A stretch of 64,000 nucleotides of DNA from an uncultured virus (IMG/VR IMGVR_UViG_3300044911_003846) (taxonomy: Duplodnaviria; Heunggongvirae; Uroviricota; Caudoviricetes), in IMG/VR virus record IMGVR_UViG_3300044911_003846. One strand, given 5' to 3'. The position numbers and the translations under genes were made by a program. The notes beneath the pieces were generated by a model that was not told where the DNA came from, ran no database searches, and was given only the letters and a program-made list of their open reading frames with translations. Each line of letters begins with the position of its first letter. Positions within the stretch are counted from its first letter, which is position 1. This document shows, piece by piece, positions 40,141-50,692 of the stretch.

Positions 40141-40448
40141 CAGACGACAAAGCCACTGGTCACCTTGAGGCACTGGCGTTTCTCGTCAGCTCATTCACCG
40201 ACAATGGCCGGAGCCTGAGGGCATTCACTTCGAACCCACAAGAGTTGGCCATTACAATCCTGACCGCTGGCCTGCTGTCGAACAGCAAGCTGATGCTGCA
40301 ACCGGAAGAAGCAGTAAAAGCGGCATTTGACATCCACGCCAGGATTCAAAAGCACGTTGGCAATTTTCAGCAGATGACCTTCGCGTCAAATATTGAGAAT
40401 TGCTTTAACCAGCAACACCCTGAAGTTGGGGAAGTTGAGGGTGATTGA
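40137..40448 (+). CDS. Hypothetical protein
   Basis: Coupled ATGA overlap. Confidence 0.55.
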   Translation: MTDDKATGHLEALAFLVSSFTDNGRSLRAFTSNPQELAITILTAGLLSNSKLMLQPEEAVKAAFDIHARIQKHVGNFQQMTFASNIENCFNQQHPEVGEVEGD

Positions 40449-40809
40449 AGGCCGGGCCTTCTCTCCTCAGCAGCCGAATTGATCCGTGGGTCGCTTCGAA
40501 GGCGTACTTCAGACTGTGGCACGCAGATTCTGGATCAGTGTGGTCACCACAGGTGAACGCATCAATCGATGCATATCCGTATTCCGGCCAGGAATGGAAG
40601 CTAAGGTGAGATTCCGAGAGAAGGGCAACTGCAGTTACCCCCTGGGGTTGAAATTTATGGGTGATCAGCCCCAACAAGGTTGCGCCAGTGGCTTCTGCGG
40701 CAGCGGTCAGTGCTTCTTTAACGAAGTCTTCATCATCTAAAAGGTGGGGATTTCCCCCTAGTAACTCGTATATCGCGTGTTTTCCTACAACCTTGGGGAC
40801 CTCATACAC
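40405..40809 (-). CDS. speD: S-adenosylmethionine decarboxylase proenzyme
   Basis: GKH, HKFQPQGVT, LLSESHLSFHSWPE (pyruvoyl cleavage site E/S) and D.FTCG. Confidence 0.95.
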   Translation of the reverse strand: MYEVPKVVGKHAIYELLGGNPHLLDDEDFVKEALTAAAEATGATLLGLITHKFQPQGVTAVALLSESHLSFHSWPEYGYASIDAFTCGDHTDPESACHSLKYAFEATHGSIRLLRREGPAFNHPQLPQLQGVAG

Positions 40810-40914
40810 AGCAACGGACCATTAGTTTTCACCCATTGTACGTAGGGTCTACACGCTAAGAACCTAGACAGCAGCAGGGAAATTCGATACTTTGCCGGAA
40901 ATCGTGTTCCCCTC

Positions 40915-41838
40915 ATGCCCCCTGCAGTGCTTGAAAAAGGTGCAAAAATTCTGGCGGGAGAAGAACTAGGGAGCAAAATTCATACAAAGTATGCTGCCGA
41001 CAAAGATTATCGGCAGTTCGTGGATTACAGATCTGAAGGCCCTACCAGGATTGAAAAGTACGGTCATCGGCACTACCGTACACCGTTCGGAGATCTTCCG
41101 TCGACCACGTCCATTCTCGGGGAAACATCGGGAAATAAAGCATCTTTGGAACGTTGGGCTGCTAAAAATCCCGGCGGTCGTGAAGCTGCAGCAGCACGTG
41201 GCACGCGGCTTCATAAAATGATGGAAGATTTTTTGACCGGTGAAAATAAAAATCCGATAATTGATGACCAAGAAATTGCCGAGTTCTGGGAGGGTCTTCC
41301 AGAGAATTTAAGCAAGCTTGGTCGCGTAATCTGGGCGGAAAACCCCCTAGGTGGAGCATACCCTTGGACCATAGGAGAAGATGGTATATCTAGGGTTTGG
41401 CATCCAGGGGTACATGAAACGGAGACATGGGGTTTTGTAGGCGCTCCGGACATTGTGGCCGAATATAAAGGCAAAATTGTACTTGGCGACCTGAAGAGCT
41501 CAACTGGCCGCTATTTCGCAAAACACCCAGGCCCCGATTGCCCTAAAAATGAATACGGCATGCGTCGCGCAGGTTTTTGGAAATATACCAAGTGCATGTT
41601 GCAGCTAGGATCATATTCTTTGGCCCTGGAATATACGTGCAATTTAAAGCCTGATATATTTATGATTTTTTGTCAAACCCGAGAACATTCTCAAGTTTTT
41701 GCAGTACAAGGTGGGACGATTAAAAAATATCAAGAAAAGTGGCTTCAAGCGGTGGAAAAATATTATACGGAATGCCTACCAAAACTTAAAGAAGGTTGCT
41801 TAGGTTTGGAAACCGAGGGGGAAAAAGAAAGCCAGTGA
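40915..41838 (+). CDS. PD-(D/E)xK exonuclease
   Basis: PSTTSIL, RGT.LH, G.PDIVA...LGDLKSS, QLGSY. Confidence 0.8.
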   Translation: MPPAVLEKGAKILAGEELGSKIHTKYAADKDYRQFVDYRSEGPTRIEKYGHRHYRTPFGDLPSTTSILGETSGNKASLERWAAKNPGGREAAAARGTRLHKMMEDFLTGENKNPIIDDQEIAEFWEGLPENLSKLGRVIWAENPLGGAYPWTIGEDGISRVWHPGVHETETWGFVGAPDIVAEYKGKIVLGDLKSSTGRYFAKHPGPDCPKNEYGMRRAGFWKYTKCMLQLGSYSLALEYTCNLKPDIFMIFCQTREHSQVFAVQGGTIKKYQEKWLQAVEKYYTECLPKLKEGCLGLETEGEKESQ

Positions 41839-42734
41839 ATCACTATATTTACTATAGCTATGAAGAAAATGGTAGGGGTTATATCGGCTCGAGATCATGT
41901 GCATGTTCCCCAGAAGATGACGATTACTTCGGATCGTATAAGGATAAAACATTTAAGCCTAATAAAAAAATAATCCTCGCTACATGTGAGTCAAAAGAAC
42001 AAAGATATCAAATGGAATATTTTTATCAGAAGCTGCATAATGTAGTTGAAAACCCTCACTTTGCAAATAGAGCATTTCAGACAACGACGGGTTTTAGTAG
42101 GCTCGGGTTGAAAAATTCCGAAGAAAGTAGGAAAAAAATGAGTCAATCTAGACGAGGGCGGCCGAGCGGAATGCTGGGTAAAAAACACAGCAAGGAAACT
42201 AAAAAACGTATAGCTGAGTCAACGAGAGGAGTTCCATGCCCATCCAGAGGTCGTAAATGGACACAAGAACGTAAGCAGAAGCACTCGGAAAACTTAAAGG
42301 GCAAAAAAGGTGTAGTACATACAGAGGCAACAAAACAGATTATTCGGGAAAAGCTATCTACGGTAACATGTTTGAAAAATATAGTCACGGGTGAATTTAA
42401 AATATTTCCATCGCAAACAGCTGCGGCCAAATTTATAGGAGTACCACAAGGTGCAATTTCAAGTTTAATTACTGGTAGAGCAAACAGGATAAAAGAATGG
42501 GCAGCTGCTGATCAAAACGGGGATTTGATCGTAAGAGATGTAACAATGGATAGAAAAACAAAGCCAATAAAATTATTGAACGTTGAAACGGGTGAAATCC
42601 GGGAATTTAAATCGGTAAAAGAAGCTGCCCAAGCGTTAAATGTATGGGATTCCACAATCTCTAAAATCATTCGAGGACGGCAACTGGTTGGACATGTTGT
42701 TGCCCCAGAGTCAGACCCAACGGACTCGAACTAA
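41835..42734 (+). mobile_element. Second free-standing GIY-YIG homing endonuclease (NUMOD3 plus two HTH modules)
   Basis: HYIYYSYEENGRGYIGSR, paralogous to 34808; GTG start overlaps the exonuclease stop; AT-rich. Confidence 0.85.
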
Positions 42735-42864
42735 GACCGGTTCAGCGTAGATGTATCCGCTATACGGTTGAAAGACAGGAAGACTACAGGATTGAGGCTG
42801 GGCAGATTTCGATTTGACCGCTACCTTACCCCTGGCGTCCCAAAACGCTTGAAATAACAGGAAA

Positions 42865-45453
42865 GTGACGACTGCCACCCCGGAACCACAACGACCCAGA
42901 AAGCACCTGAGAGCGGGACAGATCGACCTTGATCTGATCCCGATCGACTGGGCGTTGACCCCTCTGAACGGCAAGCGTGCATATGTCGCAGGTTGGACTC
43001 AATCTCCGTATTCGATTGAGCAGATTCAACGGGAACTTGAGGAAGGAAGAGCAACCGGTATTGGCCTGCTGACAGGACAATGGAGTAATGAAGGCGGTCT
43101 GATTTGGGCAGATATTGATGGTCCTGAGGCGATTCCGGCTTTGGAAGAGCTGGCCGGTGGACCGATTGATGTTGTCTTCCCACCGACGCTGACGATCTCA
43201 TCCGGTAAGGAAGGTCGCATGCGGATGCTGTATAGCGTCCCTGCGGCGAAAATGTCGTTGCTGCCGGACAAGGCGACGATCAAAATTGGGATTCCGTCGT
43301 TTGAAATCCTGTTCCGCTCCAGGCAGGGGGCGATCATGGGCTCCCACCCGGAAACCGAGGGCTATTTCACAACTGCCCATGGTGGATTTGAGTACGCCAA
43401 AAACCCACCGGAGATGCCGGATTGGCTTTACCAAGCCATCGCCAAAGCCTTTCCGACCAACAAATACCGTAAACCTGTGACCGGTGGGATTATCACCCAA
43501 CAGGTCAACATCAGCTACGAAGAGGGGTCTAAATTCCAGGTTGAAGAGATCCTAAACGAGGCTCGGGTCTACTTAGCCCACCTTGATCTTGAGCGGGCTG
43601 TCGATTACGAAGAGTGGCTGGCCATCGGTATGGCCCTCCATCAGGTTGACGACTCTCTCCTTCCGGATTGGGTGGAGTGGTCTGCGCAGGCTCCCAACTT
43701 CCAGTCTGGTGTTTGTGAGGACAAGTGGCGGACATTTGAGCGTCTGCCTGGTGGCCCCAGCCCCGAAGGTGCTCGTGGCCTGCAAACACTGCGGGCAAAG
43801 GCCAAAGAGGACGGCTTCCTTGAGCTTGGTGGCTTTGTCGTGGAGTCACCAGAAGTCCTGGCGCAGCGGGCTGCTCAACTCTTTTCGGACGATAACGAGA
43901 TGCCTCCCATTAACCGGGGGATGTCCGTTCAAGATGTGGTCCGCCAGCTCGTCGGTGAACCTGACGAAGAGGATCGCCGCGAAATTCAGCAGCGGGCAGG
44001 TGGTAAAGGACAACCGAAGACCCCGCCAGCGTCCTACTTGGCCGAGCAGGTCACCGGGATGATGATGGAATGGGGTTGGCTGTATGACCCCAAATTCGAC
44101 ACCTTCATGTTCTACCAAGATAAGAAGGGGACTTGGCGAAAGGAAGATCACTCAAGTGAGTATCGTCATGCCGTGCAGGACCTTTTTGTCACCGAACGTG
44201 GGATCCAGACTCCAGGGGGCTTCACCTCTCACTTGATCGCTGACGTCACCAATCTGACTAAGGCTTACCTCTGCCACAGCTATTGGGATGATGACACGGA
44301 TCGCCTGGCCTTCCGTAACGGCGTACTGGAAGTCAGCACTGGTGAATTCCTGGAGCACGACAAGGAGTACTACATCACCTGGGGTCTGGACTTTGAGTAC
44401 GATCCCAGCGCTGATCCTGGTCCGATCATCGATTGGTTAAACCGTACCCAGTATGGTGACCATGAGAGGGTTCAGGTGTTGCGGGCGTGGCTCCGGGCCT
44501 GTCTCTTGGCTCAAGGTCATGAACTCCAGCGGTTCCTCGAGGTGATTGGCCCCGGCGGTCGGGGTAAGTCCACCTTCGCCAACCTGTGCTGCGCCATGGT
44601 CGGCAGTGGGAACTACGCCAGCACCACCCTCAATCAGCTCGAACAGAGTCGGTTTGAAGTGGCCTCCATCAAAGGTAAGCGTCTGACGCTGATCAACGAT
44701 TCGGAGCGTTACGGCGGTTCCGCTCAGATCTTCAAGGCCCTGACCGGTGGTGACAATCTCCGCTTTGAGGAGAAAAACAAGAATGTCGGTGAACCGTTCG
44801 TGTACACCGGCATGGTCATGGTCTGTGCTAACGAGCCGATTCAGACTACGGACAACACCTCCGGGTTGAGCCGCCGTCGCCTTACCCTCGAATTTAATCG
44901 CCCGCTTTACGACAAGAGCTCGGACGCCAAGGAGATGATTAAGCTCGATCAGGGCATCGTAAAGGGCTTATGGAAGAATTATTTACCCGGCTTGGTGAAC
45001 TGGGTACTGCAGATGAGCGAGCAGGAAATGCGCGAATACCTGCTGGATACTTACGAAAAGGTGCCGTCGCTTAAGCGGGTGCGTAATGAAATCTTGCTGA
45101 ACAGCAACAACCTGGTCGAATGGCTGCAGTCGGAGATCGTTCTCGACGATAAAGCCGTGACCGCTGTCGGTAAGAAGATTCCCGCTGCTAAAGATGCTCA
45201 AGAACGGTACTGCAACAGCAAGTATCACCTCTATGCCAGCTACTGCTCCTATTGTGAGGACACTGGTTCGAAGCCAGTGGGTCAGAAGCGGTTCATAGCG
45301 CTGGTGATGGATTGCTGTAAAAACCAGTTGCAGCTTGAAGGTGTTCGTAGCTTCTCGAAAGGAGGGCGACCGTTTGTTAAAGGTCTTGCGATCCGGGCTT
45401 CTGATGCGAAGTACGAGAAGTATCCGACGGTGCTCCCAGAGGGGGCAGATTAG
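42865..45453 (+). CDS. Primase-helicase (Prim-Pol, PriCT-2, D5-like SF3 helicase)
   Basis: GIGLLTG...DIDG, YEEWLAIGMALH, F.NG, GPGGRGKST, KALTGGD and RR motifs. Confidence 0.92.
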   Translation: MTTATPEPQRPRKHLRAGQIDLDLIPIDWALTPLNGKRAYVAGWTQSPYSIEQIQRELEEGRATGIGLLTGQWSNEGGLIWADIDGPEAIPALEELAGGPIDVVFPPTLTISSGKEGRMRMLYSVPAAKMSLLPDKATIKIGIPSFEILFRSRQGAIMGSHPETEGYFTTAHGGFEYAKNPPEMPDWLYQAIAKAFPTNKYRKPVTGGIITQQVNISYEEGSKFQVEEILNEARVYLAHLDLERAVDYEEWLAIGMALHQVDDSLLPDWVEWSAQAPNFQSGVCEDKWRTFERLPGGPSPEGARGLQTLRAKAKEDGFLELGGFVVESPEVLAQRAAQLFSDDNEMPPINRGMSVQDVVRQLVGEPDEEDRREIQQRAGGKGQPKTPPASYLAEQVTGMMMEWGWLYDPKFDTFMFYQDKKGTWRKEDHSSEYRHAVQDLFVTERGIQTPGGFTSHLIADVTNLTKAYLCHSYWDDDTDRLAFRNGVLEVSTGEFLEHDKEYYITWGLDFEYDPSADPGPIIDWLNRTQYGDHERVQVLRAWLRACLLAQGHELQRFLEVIGPGGRGKSTFANLCCAMVGSGNYASTTLNQLEQSRFEVASIKGKRLTLINDSERYGGSAQIFKALTGGDNLRFEEKNKNVGEPFVYTGMVMVCANEPIQTTDNTSGLSRRRLTLEFNRPLYDKSSDAKEMIKLDQGIVKGLWKNYLPGLVNWVLQMSEQEMREYLLDTYEKVPSLKRVRNEILLNSNNLVEWLQSEIVLDDKAVTAVGKKIPAAKDAQERYCNSKYHLYASYCSYCEDTGSKPVGQKRFIALVMDCCKNQLQLEGVRSFSKGGRPFVKGLAIRASDAKYEKYPTVLPEGAD

Positions 45454-45592
45454 GTCCCGGATCTCGACCTGTTTTCAGGATTGTTTCCGCTCTGTGATAA
45501 AAGGGTGAGTCAGTTTTACCGGCGCTTTTGAGGGCGTCTCTGACTTTCACCCAATTATCGTAAGTATGTGCGTCGATCTGACGTCACCGTAT

Positions 45593-45639
45593 AACAACTC
45601 TATAAATTTAAATCAATATTTTTAATTTATAGAGTTGTT
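45593..45639. repeat. AT-rich perfect 16-bp inverted repeat
   Basis: AACAACTCTATAAATT-N15-AATTTATAGAGTTGTT between convergent genes. Confidence 0.85.
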
Positions 45640-45660
45640 GATACCTTTGTCAGGATTAAC

Positions 45661-45837
45661 TCACTCGGCCAACTCTTCAACCTCTTCTTTGGCTTCAGGA
45701 TCAGGTGCGAATTCCAGACTGTCAACTGCAGCTTGAACCAGCTGGGCGGACATGCCGATCAGGTTGCCGTCGCCGGTAGCACGGGCAGCAGCAAAAGAGT
45801 TGATGGCTTCAACGAGTTCGCGTTTGGTGCAGGGCAT
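45661..45837 (-). CDS. Small protein downstream of a tail fibre (58 aa)
   Basis: Manual ORF MPCTKRELVEAINSFAAARATGDGNLI... Confidence 0.65.
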   Translation of the reverse strand: MPCTKRELVEAINSFAAARATGDGNLIGMSAQLVQAAVDSLEFAPDPEAKEEVEELAE

Positions 45838-45923
45838 TGCTCTATTTGATTTACACCAAAGTTAGCATATTTACTGCCCAACACAATTACGGTCAACCGT
45901 TCAAACTGGATTAGTGAGTAGGA

Positions 45924-47420
45924 CTACGACGCCTTGAGGGAGGCAACTTCAGCTTTCAGAGCCTGCAGTTCAGCAATCGTTTCTTGCAGAGCAGCGGTCA
46001 GCAGCGGCACCAGCTTCGACTGATCAATGCCTTGGTAGACGGGGCTACCATCAGCATCTATTTGATCTTTGAACCCCCCTGCCGCCTCTGGAACGACTTG
46101 TTGAACTTCATGAGCCAGGAAACCATCGACATCCGGCGCTTTTTTGGCATCTACAATCCAGCTAAAGCGAACAGGGTTGAGCTGGGATAAACGCTCAATG
46201 GCGTTTTGAAAAGGCGTTATGTTTTCTTTTAACCTGTAATCAGACGTTGTGTCATAAGCGATTGAAGTTGAGGATGCTCGCCTTACTTGACCTACCCTGG
46301 TACCAGTAGAGCTGCCAAAATCAATGTAAATGGCGTTATTGCTGTTATCCGTTGTGCTTAAAGCGAGACCACTTGCACCATTGAAAAAGTCTCCATGAAT
46401 ACGAATCCTTCCGCTTGAAGACATGATGGCGCCAGAAGTGCCTATACCTATAACACCACCGTCTGGTAACGAACAAATACCATTACTCGCAATCCTCATC
46501 CGCTCCGTCGGGCTGCTCGCTCCATCGGCGGTAGTGGAGAACACTAGGCGGCCTGGATAATCATTCGTTCCAGCGTTTGCATCTGCCTCGCAACCGATTA
46601 AACCAAACGTATTTCCAGCATTGTCATTCCAGCTAATGTTTCCAATTCCTTCTCCAGAGGTGATGTTGCCGCCAGCAGCAGCTTCTCCTCTTTGAATTGA
46701 AAAGTTACCGCCAGCTGTTGCATCAGCAGGCTGACCTTGAACTACGAGTTTTGCATATTGACCAAAGCCGCTACTAGGACTCGTAGACGTGCCAACTAAC
46801 AGGCGTCCCGACGTGTCGATTCGTGCTCTTTCGTTGCTATTTGTAATGAACTTAAGCGGATGATTTGTGCTGGTACCTAAATCCATCCGACCATCGCCAA
46901 AAGCAGCAACAAATCCGGTTACAGACGCATCCGAGTTACGAAGATAGACAACGCCACCATTGCCAGTTCCGCTACCTCGAATATCTAAAGCCGTGCCGTA
47001 GCCCAATCCATCAGCAGGACTAGTAGTGCCAATCCCTACGTTGCCTCCGACAGGATTAAGAATTAAGGATTGGGTGGCGTTGCTTGAAGTGTTTTGTGCT
47101 TGAATCCACGGTGAGCCACCGGTGGAGCCAATACCAAACATTAAACGATTATTGGTATCCGTAGCTGCTTCAACTGTGATTCCAGCATTGTTTAGCGTTG
47201 TGGAGCCAGTAGCGCTGGCGTTTGCAAAGTTGACTCTGTTAACCGTTAACCGAGATCCAGGGCTACTAGTCCCCAGACCTACCCTGTTATTGGCAGCATC
47301 AACGTAGAGCGTATTGCTGTCTAAATTAATATTTCCACTTGCATCAATCTGCAACGCCGTTGCGGGTGCAGAAGGGTTGAGATTTAAACCAGAAACTAAT
47401 TGTGCCTTCGTCTGAGACAT
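45924..47420 (-). CDS. Tail fibre protein 2 with C-terminal peptidase S74 intramolecular chaperone
   Basis: NRVGLGTSSP, GNVGIGTTSP, GRLVFSTTADG; SDYRLKENI...GFLAHEVQ...IDQSKLVPLL. Confidence 0.88.
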   Translation of the reverse strand: MSQTKAQLVSGLNLNPSAPATALQIDASGNINLDSNTLYVDAANNRVGLGTSSPGSRLTVNRVNFANASATGSTTLNNAGITVEAATDTNNRLMFGIGSTGGSPWIQAQNTSSNATQSLILNPVGGNVGIGTTSPADGLGYGTALDIRGSGTGNGGVVYLRNSDASVTGFVAAFGDGRMDLGTSTNHPLKFITNSNERARIDTSGRLLVGTSTSPSSGFGQYAKLVVQGQPADATAGGNFSIQRGEAAAGGNITSGEGIGNISWNDNAGNTFGLIGCEADANAGTNDYPGRLVFSTTADGASSPTERMRIASNGICSLPDGGVIGIGTSGAIMSSSGRIRIHGDFFNGASGLALSTTDNSNNAIYIDFGSSTGTRVGQVRRASSTSIAYDTTSDYRLKENITPFQNAIERLSQLNPVRFSWIVDAKKAPDVDGFLAHEVQQVVPEAAGGFKDQIDADGSPVYQGIDQSKLVPLLTAALQETIAELQALKAEVASLKAS

Positions 47421-47614
47421 TTAAATGCCTTTCTACTTGCTCTTATCACTCATTTTACAAGAGCAAGACTCACACTGACCGCACGATTTTTTTGCCCACG
47501 TTTTATCCCCTCTGATTGGTTCGGTACCATATTCAAAATCATCATATTCAGGTAGATTACGCAACCAACGAGCAAATTCCTCGAGATGTTTGCGAATCAA
47601 CTGTGTAGGCATTG

Positions 47615-49008
47615 TTACACGAACCCGTAACGTTCCCGTATCCTACGCATTCTATCCTGCATTGCAGGGGAAGACGGGATGTACTGATGGTTCCGTTTAT
47701 CCATCTGACCACGAACCCAATCCTGGAACTGATCCTGATCCATCGGTAGGTTGGGATCCTGGCCAACAGGGATGCCCTGGGCAACTAACGGACCACCTGC
47801 CTGCTGCGCGTAATTCGTCTGCATACCAAAATCGGGGACGTCAGTACCAGCTTGCTGATAACGGTTCACCCCAGCAATGAATTCCTGGAGGTAACCAAGA
47901 CCAGCAGCATTCTTCACCGGACCCTCTTGTTCAGGTTCCTGCGGCTGCTGTGGATACTTCGGCTTTGCCCAGTCTGGTGCTTTGTAAACATCGTAAGGGC
48001 TCCGAGGATTCGAAGTCTCCTTAGAAATCATCGGGAAGTCATTGTCCATCATCATGATCAGAACATCCCGCGATCACGTTTGACGGTGCTGATCAGTTCC
48101 TCGGCCCGCTGATTGAGAGTGGTCGGAAGCGAAGGCATACCTTCGCCGGTAGTCTTGGCAAACTGGAAAGGCATAACACCAGCAAATACACCGGACACCT
48201 TGTTGCCCTGCGTAGTCCAAGGAGCGGGAACAGAATTAGCAGCCACGGAGAAACTCTCGTCTCCAGGGGGCTGAGGTGCCGCACCTGCATAGGTAACACC
48301 AGGGGTGGCTTGACCTGCAGCTTCCCGCTTACCCATTTCCTTTGCGTAGAGACGCTGGGCAAGCATCGGGTTAGCTTCAGCCCACTTGGCCAGATCAGAA
48401 CCCTCCTTATAACCAAGGGCTTGCTGGATCTGCGGCATCTGGGCACGACCCATGGCGCTCTCAGCGCGGTAGAAAGCGGACAGCTCTTCAGGGGTCTTAC
48501 CAGGTGCTGCGGTTTGTCCCGCTAACGCCTTCATCGCTTCGACGTCCTTCGGGGCAGCAGCACCACGAGAGGCAGTACCAAAGTACTGATCCATCTCAGG
48601 GGTCTTGAAGTAGCGCTCGAACTGACCTTCGGGAGTGAAAGCAAATGGTTTCGGAGCGTATTGGGAAGCAAGGGCACGCGCTTCATCGCTGCGACCATCA
48701 CCACCGATGTCGGCTGCTGCGATTTGCGACTGCATAAACCCAGGTGAGTAACGACCGGTCAGATCCCCTTGAAGAGGATTAGGACCCAAGGTTCCAGCGG
48801 CAGCAGGACGACCAATTCGGGAAAATAATTGACCTAATTGCTGCATCCCATACTGCAATCCAGTTTTCGGGGCACCGGTGGCTCCAGCGGCTCTACGCAG
48901 CTGTGACAACCCGTACTGAAAACCACTTTGTTGAGTTGGATCTGGACGAGCACCTAAAACGCTTAATCCATATTCAAGCCCGGTTTGAGGGACGTATTTA
49001 GGAGCCAC
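47615..49008 (-). CDS. Two putative virion proteins (47615-48055, 48058-49008)
   Basis: Ala/Gly/Gln/Pro-rich and co-oriented with the tail fibre; 48058 has three G(L/F)(E/Q)YG repeats. Confidence 0.5.
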
Positions 49009-49057
49009 TTAATTACAACATTCCTTTCTTACAATATTAATAGAGCTAAATAGAGCA

Positions 49058-49246
49058 ATGGAAGTTATTCAAACGTTTCCGAAAGGTACGACGATTGAAT
49101 TAGGAATCGATAGCCACGGGAACCAGGTGCATCGGGTCTGTACAGCAGGCGGGTCCCTCTGCCGCTACGTAGAACCGATCCACGTCGCCTTCGTTTACGC
49201 CGAGCAGTTCGAGGAGTTGTACGCGATTAAACCGGAATCAGTATGA
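49058..49246 (+). CDS. Small hypothetical protein
   Basis: 62-aa ORF. Confidence 0.5.
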   Translation: MEVIQTFPKGTTIELGIDSHGNQVHRVCTAGGSLCRYVEPIHVAFVYAEQFEELYAIKPESV

Positions 49247-49263
49247 GTCTCATTGAGAATGAG

Positions 49264-49544
49264 TGAGGGGATTGAAGCTAAATCGGGATTAAGGGTTGAG
49301 ATCCGTTGCGAGAGCTGGGTTGTGAATGGACAACCAATCAAGACCGGTGGTAGCCGCTAGACATTAATCCCTTGTAAGTTTGGGTTAGTAATTGGTAGTA
49401 CATAAAATATACACCCATTTAGTAACCCAAACTCATAAGAAAGTTATTAAAAGGCGGGTAAACCGGTTGTGATTGGTCGTACATCAATTCCCTTGACAGC
49501 ACTTGGATGTTAGCGTAATCTTCTAAAACCGTTCGATCCCCTCA
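49264..49544. repeat. Long imperfect inverted repeat (~280 bp)
   Basis: Paired segments include TGAGGGGATTGAA/TTCGATCCCCTCA, ACCAATCA/TGATTGGT, ACCGGT/ACCGGT, CCGC/GCGG and AGTTTGGGTTA/TAACCCAAACT; loop near 49400-49410. Confidence 0.85.
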
Positions 49545-50692
49545 TGGACATCGAAACCCTCTTCGCTGATCTGAGCCTCCTTCCGTCAGACCAGATTGCT
49601 TTTGTCAGAGCGTTTCAAGTTGGTCTCAAGCTGTATGGAGAGGACAAGTGTTGGCAGCTGGACCGGACTAGCCACATCGCTTTCGATGGCTTCAATACGG
49701 CCCATCCAGGCAGCCTCTTCTATCGCGGTGTCGATGCCAGACCGTTGATCTTGGCTCTGTCTGGGCGCTTCCAGGGGGATGGAGAGGTGGCTGTCCGTCG
49801 ATCCATCTGTCAGTCCCCTCACTGCCTTAACCCATTGCACTACTTCTGGGGGACCAGGAGCCAGGTGATGTTGGAGAAGCAGAAGGCGCGGACAAAGAAC
49901 AGCCTGTCTGTGGATTTGATCGAGAAGTTGCGGCGGGGGCGGCAGGAAGGGAAGCGGGTATTGGATCTATCGCGTCAATACAAGGTGCCGTATCACACGG
50001 CGAGGCGAATCTGTGCGGGTGAGACTTATGAGAATCTAAATGAGATTAAAGAGGAGGTGCCGGCCGAGCTGATGTGGGAGCTCACTCATGAAATTTGCAA
50101 GCAATTGACAGCTCGCTACCCTGAAGAATCAAAGGAATTCAACCTGGCAATTCAAGTGTCCGAATCCCTCGAATGTCCCTGGCACCGCAAAGGCCTCCCC
50201 GGTCACAAAGGCAACTTTGGACTCATGGGAGAATGTCTGGACTGCATGGAAGAGATTAAAAACGGTCGCTGCTCTGTCGATGTCACCAACTTCGACATGA
50301 ATTGGTACTGGAACGTCAAGCGATTTTGGGAACAGGTCGATATTCGTGGTGAAGACGAGTGCTGGCCTTGGCTCGGCGCCAGTCGGAAGGACGGTACCGA
50401 ATCGACCGCTTACTTCCCAAGTCCATTTCACTCAGGAAAAGTTCATTCCGCATCCAGGGTGGCCTTTTGGTTAAGTCGTGGCTATACCGGGAAGTACAGG
50501 GTTTTTGCTCGCCCAGAGTGCGAAAAGTTTTGTTGTAACCCAAAACATTTACACATTCGTGAGATTAAGGATCTAGCTGAACCCGCTAGTATGGGGGAAA
50601 TAAAGCTGACCCATGGAAACATCTTCGAGTCCTATCGAAAAAATCTGTCAGAAAAACAGTCAAGTCCTCCCAACAAATTACCATCTTCCTGA
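49544..50692 (+). CDS. Protein with two His-Me/HNH zinc-binding-loop domains and a central HTH
   Basis: CW...CQSPHCLNPLH; LSRQYKVPYHTARRIC; FWEQVD...ECWPWLG...ASRVAFWL...CEKFCCNPKHL. Confidence 0.75.
   Translation: MDIETLFADLSLLPSDQIAFVRAFQVGLKLYGEDKCWQLDRTSHIAFDGFNTAHPGSLFYRGVDARPLILALSGRFQGDGEVAVRRSICQSPHCLNPLHYFWGTRSQVMLEKQKARTKNSLSVDLIEKLRRGRQEGKRVLDLSRQYKVPYHTARRICAGETYENLNEIKEEVPAELMWELTHEICKQLTARYPEESKEFNLAIQVSESLECPWHRKGLPGHKGNFGLMGECLDCMEEIKNGRCSVDVTNFDMNWYWNVKRFWEQVDIRGEDECWPWLGASRKDGTESTAYFPSPFHSGKVHSASRVAFWLSRGYTGKYRVFARPECEKFCCNPKHLHIREIKDLAEPASMGEIKLTHGNIFESYRKNLSEKQSSPPNKLPSS

Noticed and set aside
34808..42734. Group I introns hosting the GIY-YIG genes
   Set aside because: The flanking genes appear complete and no split ORF is seen, so the endonucleases look free-standing.
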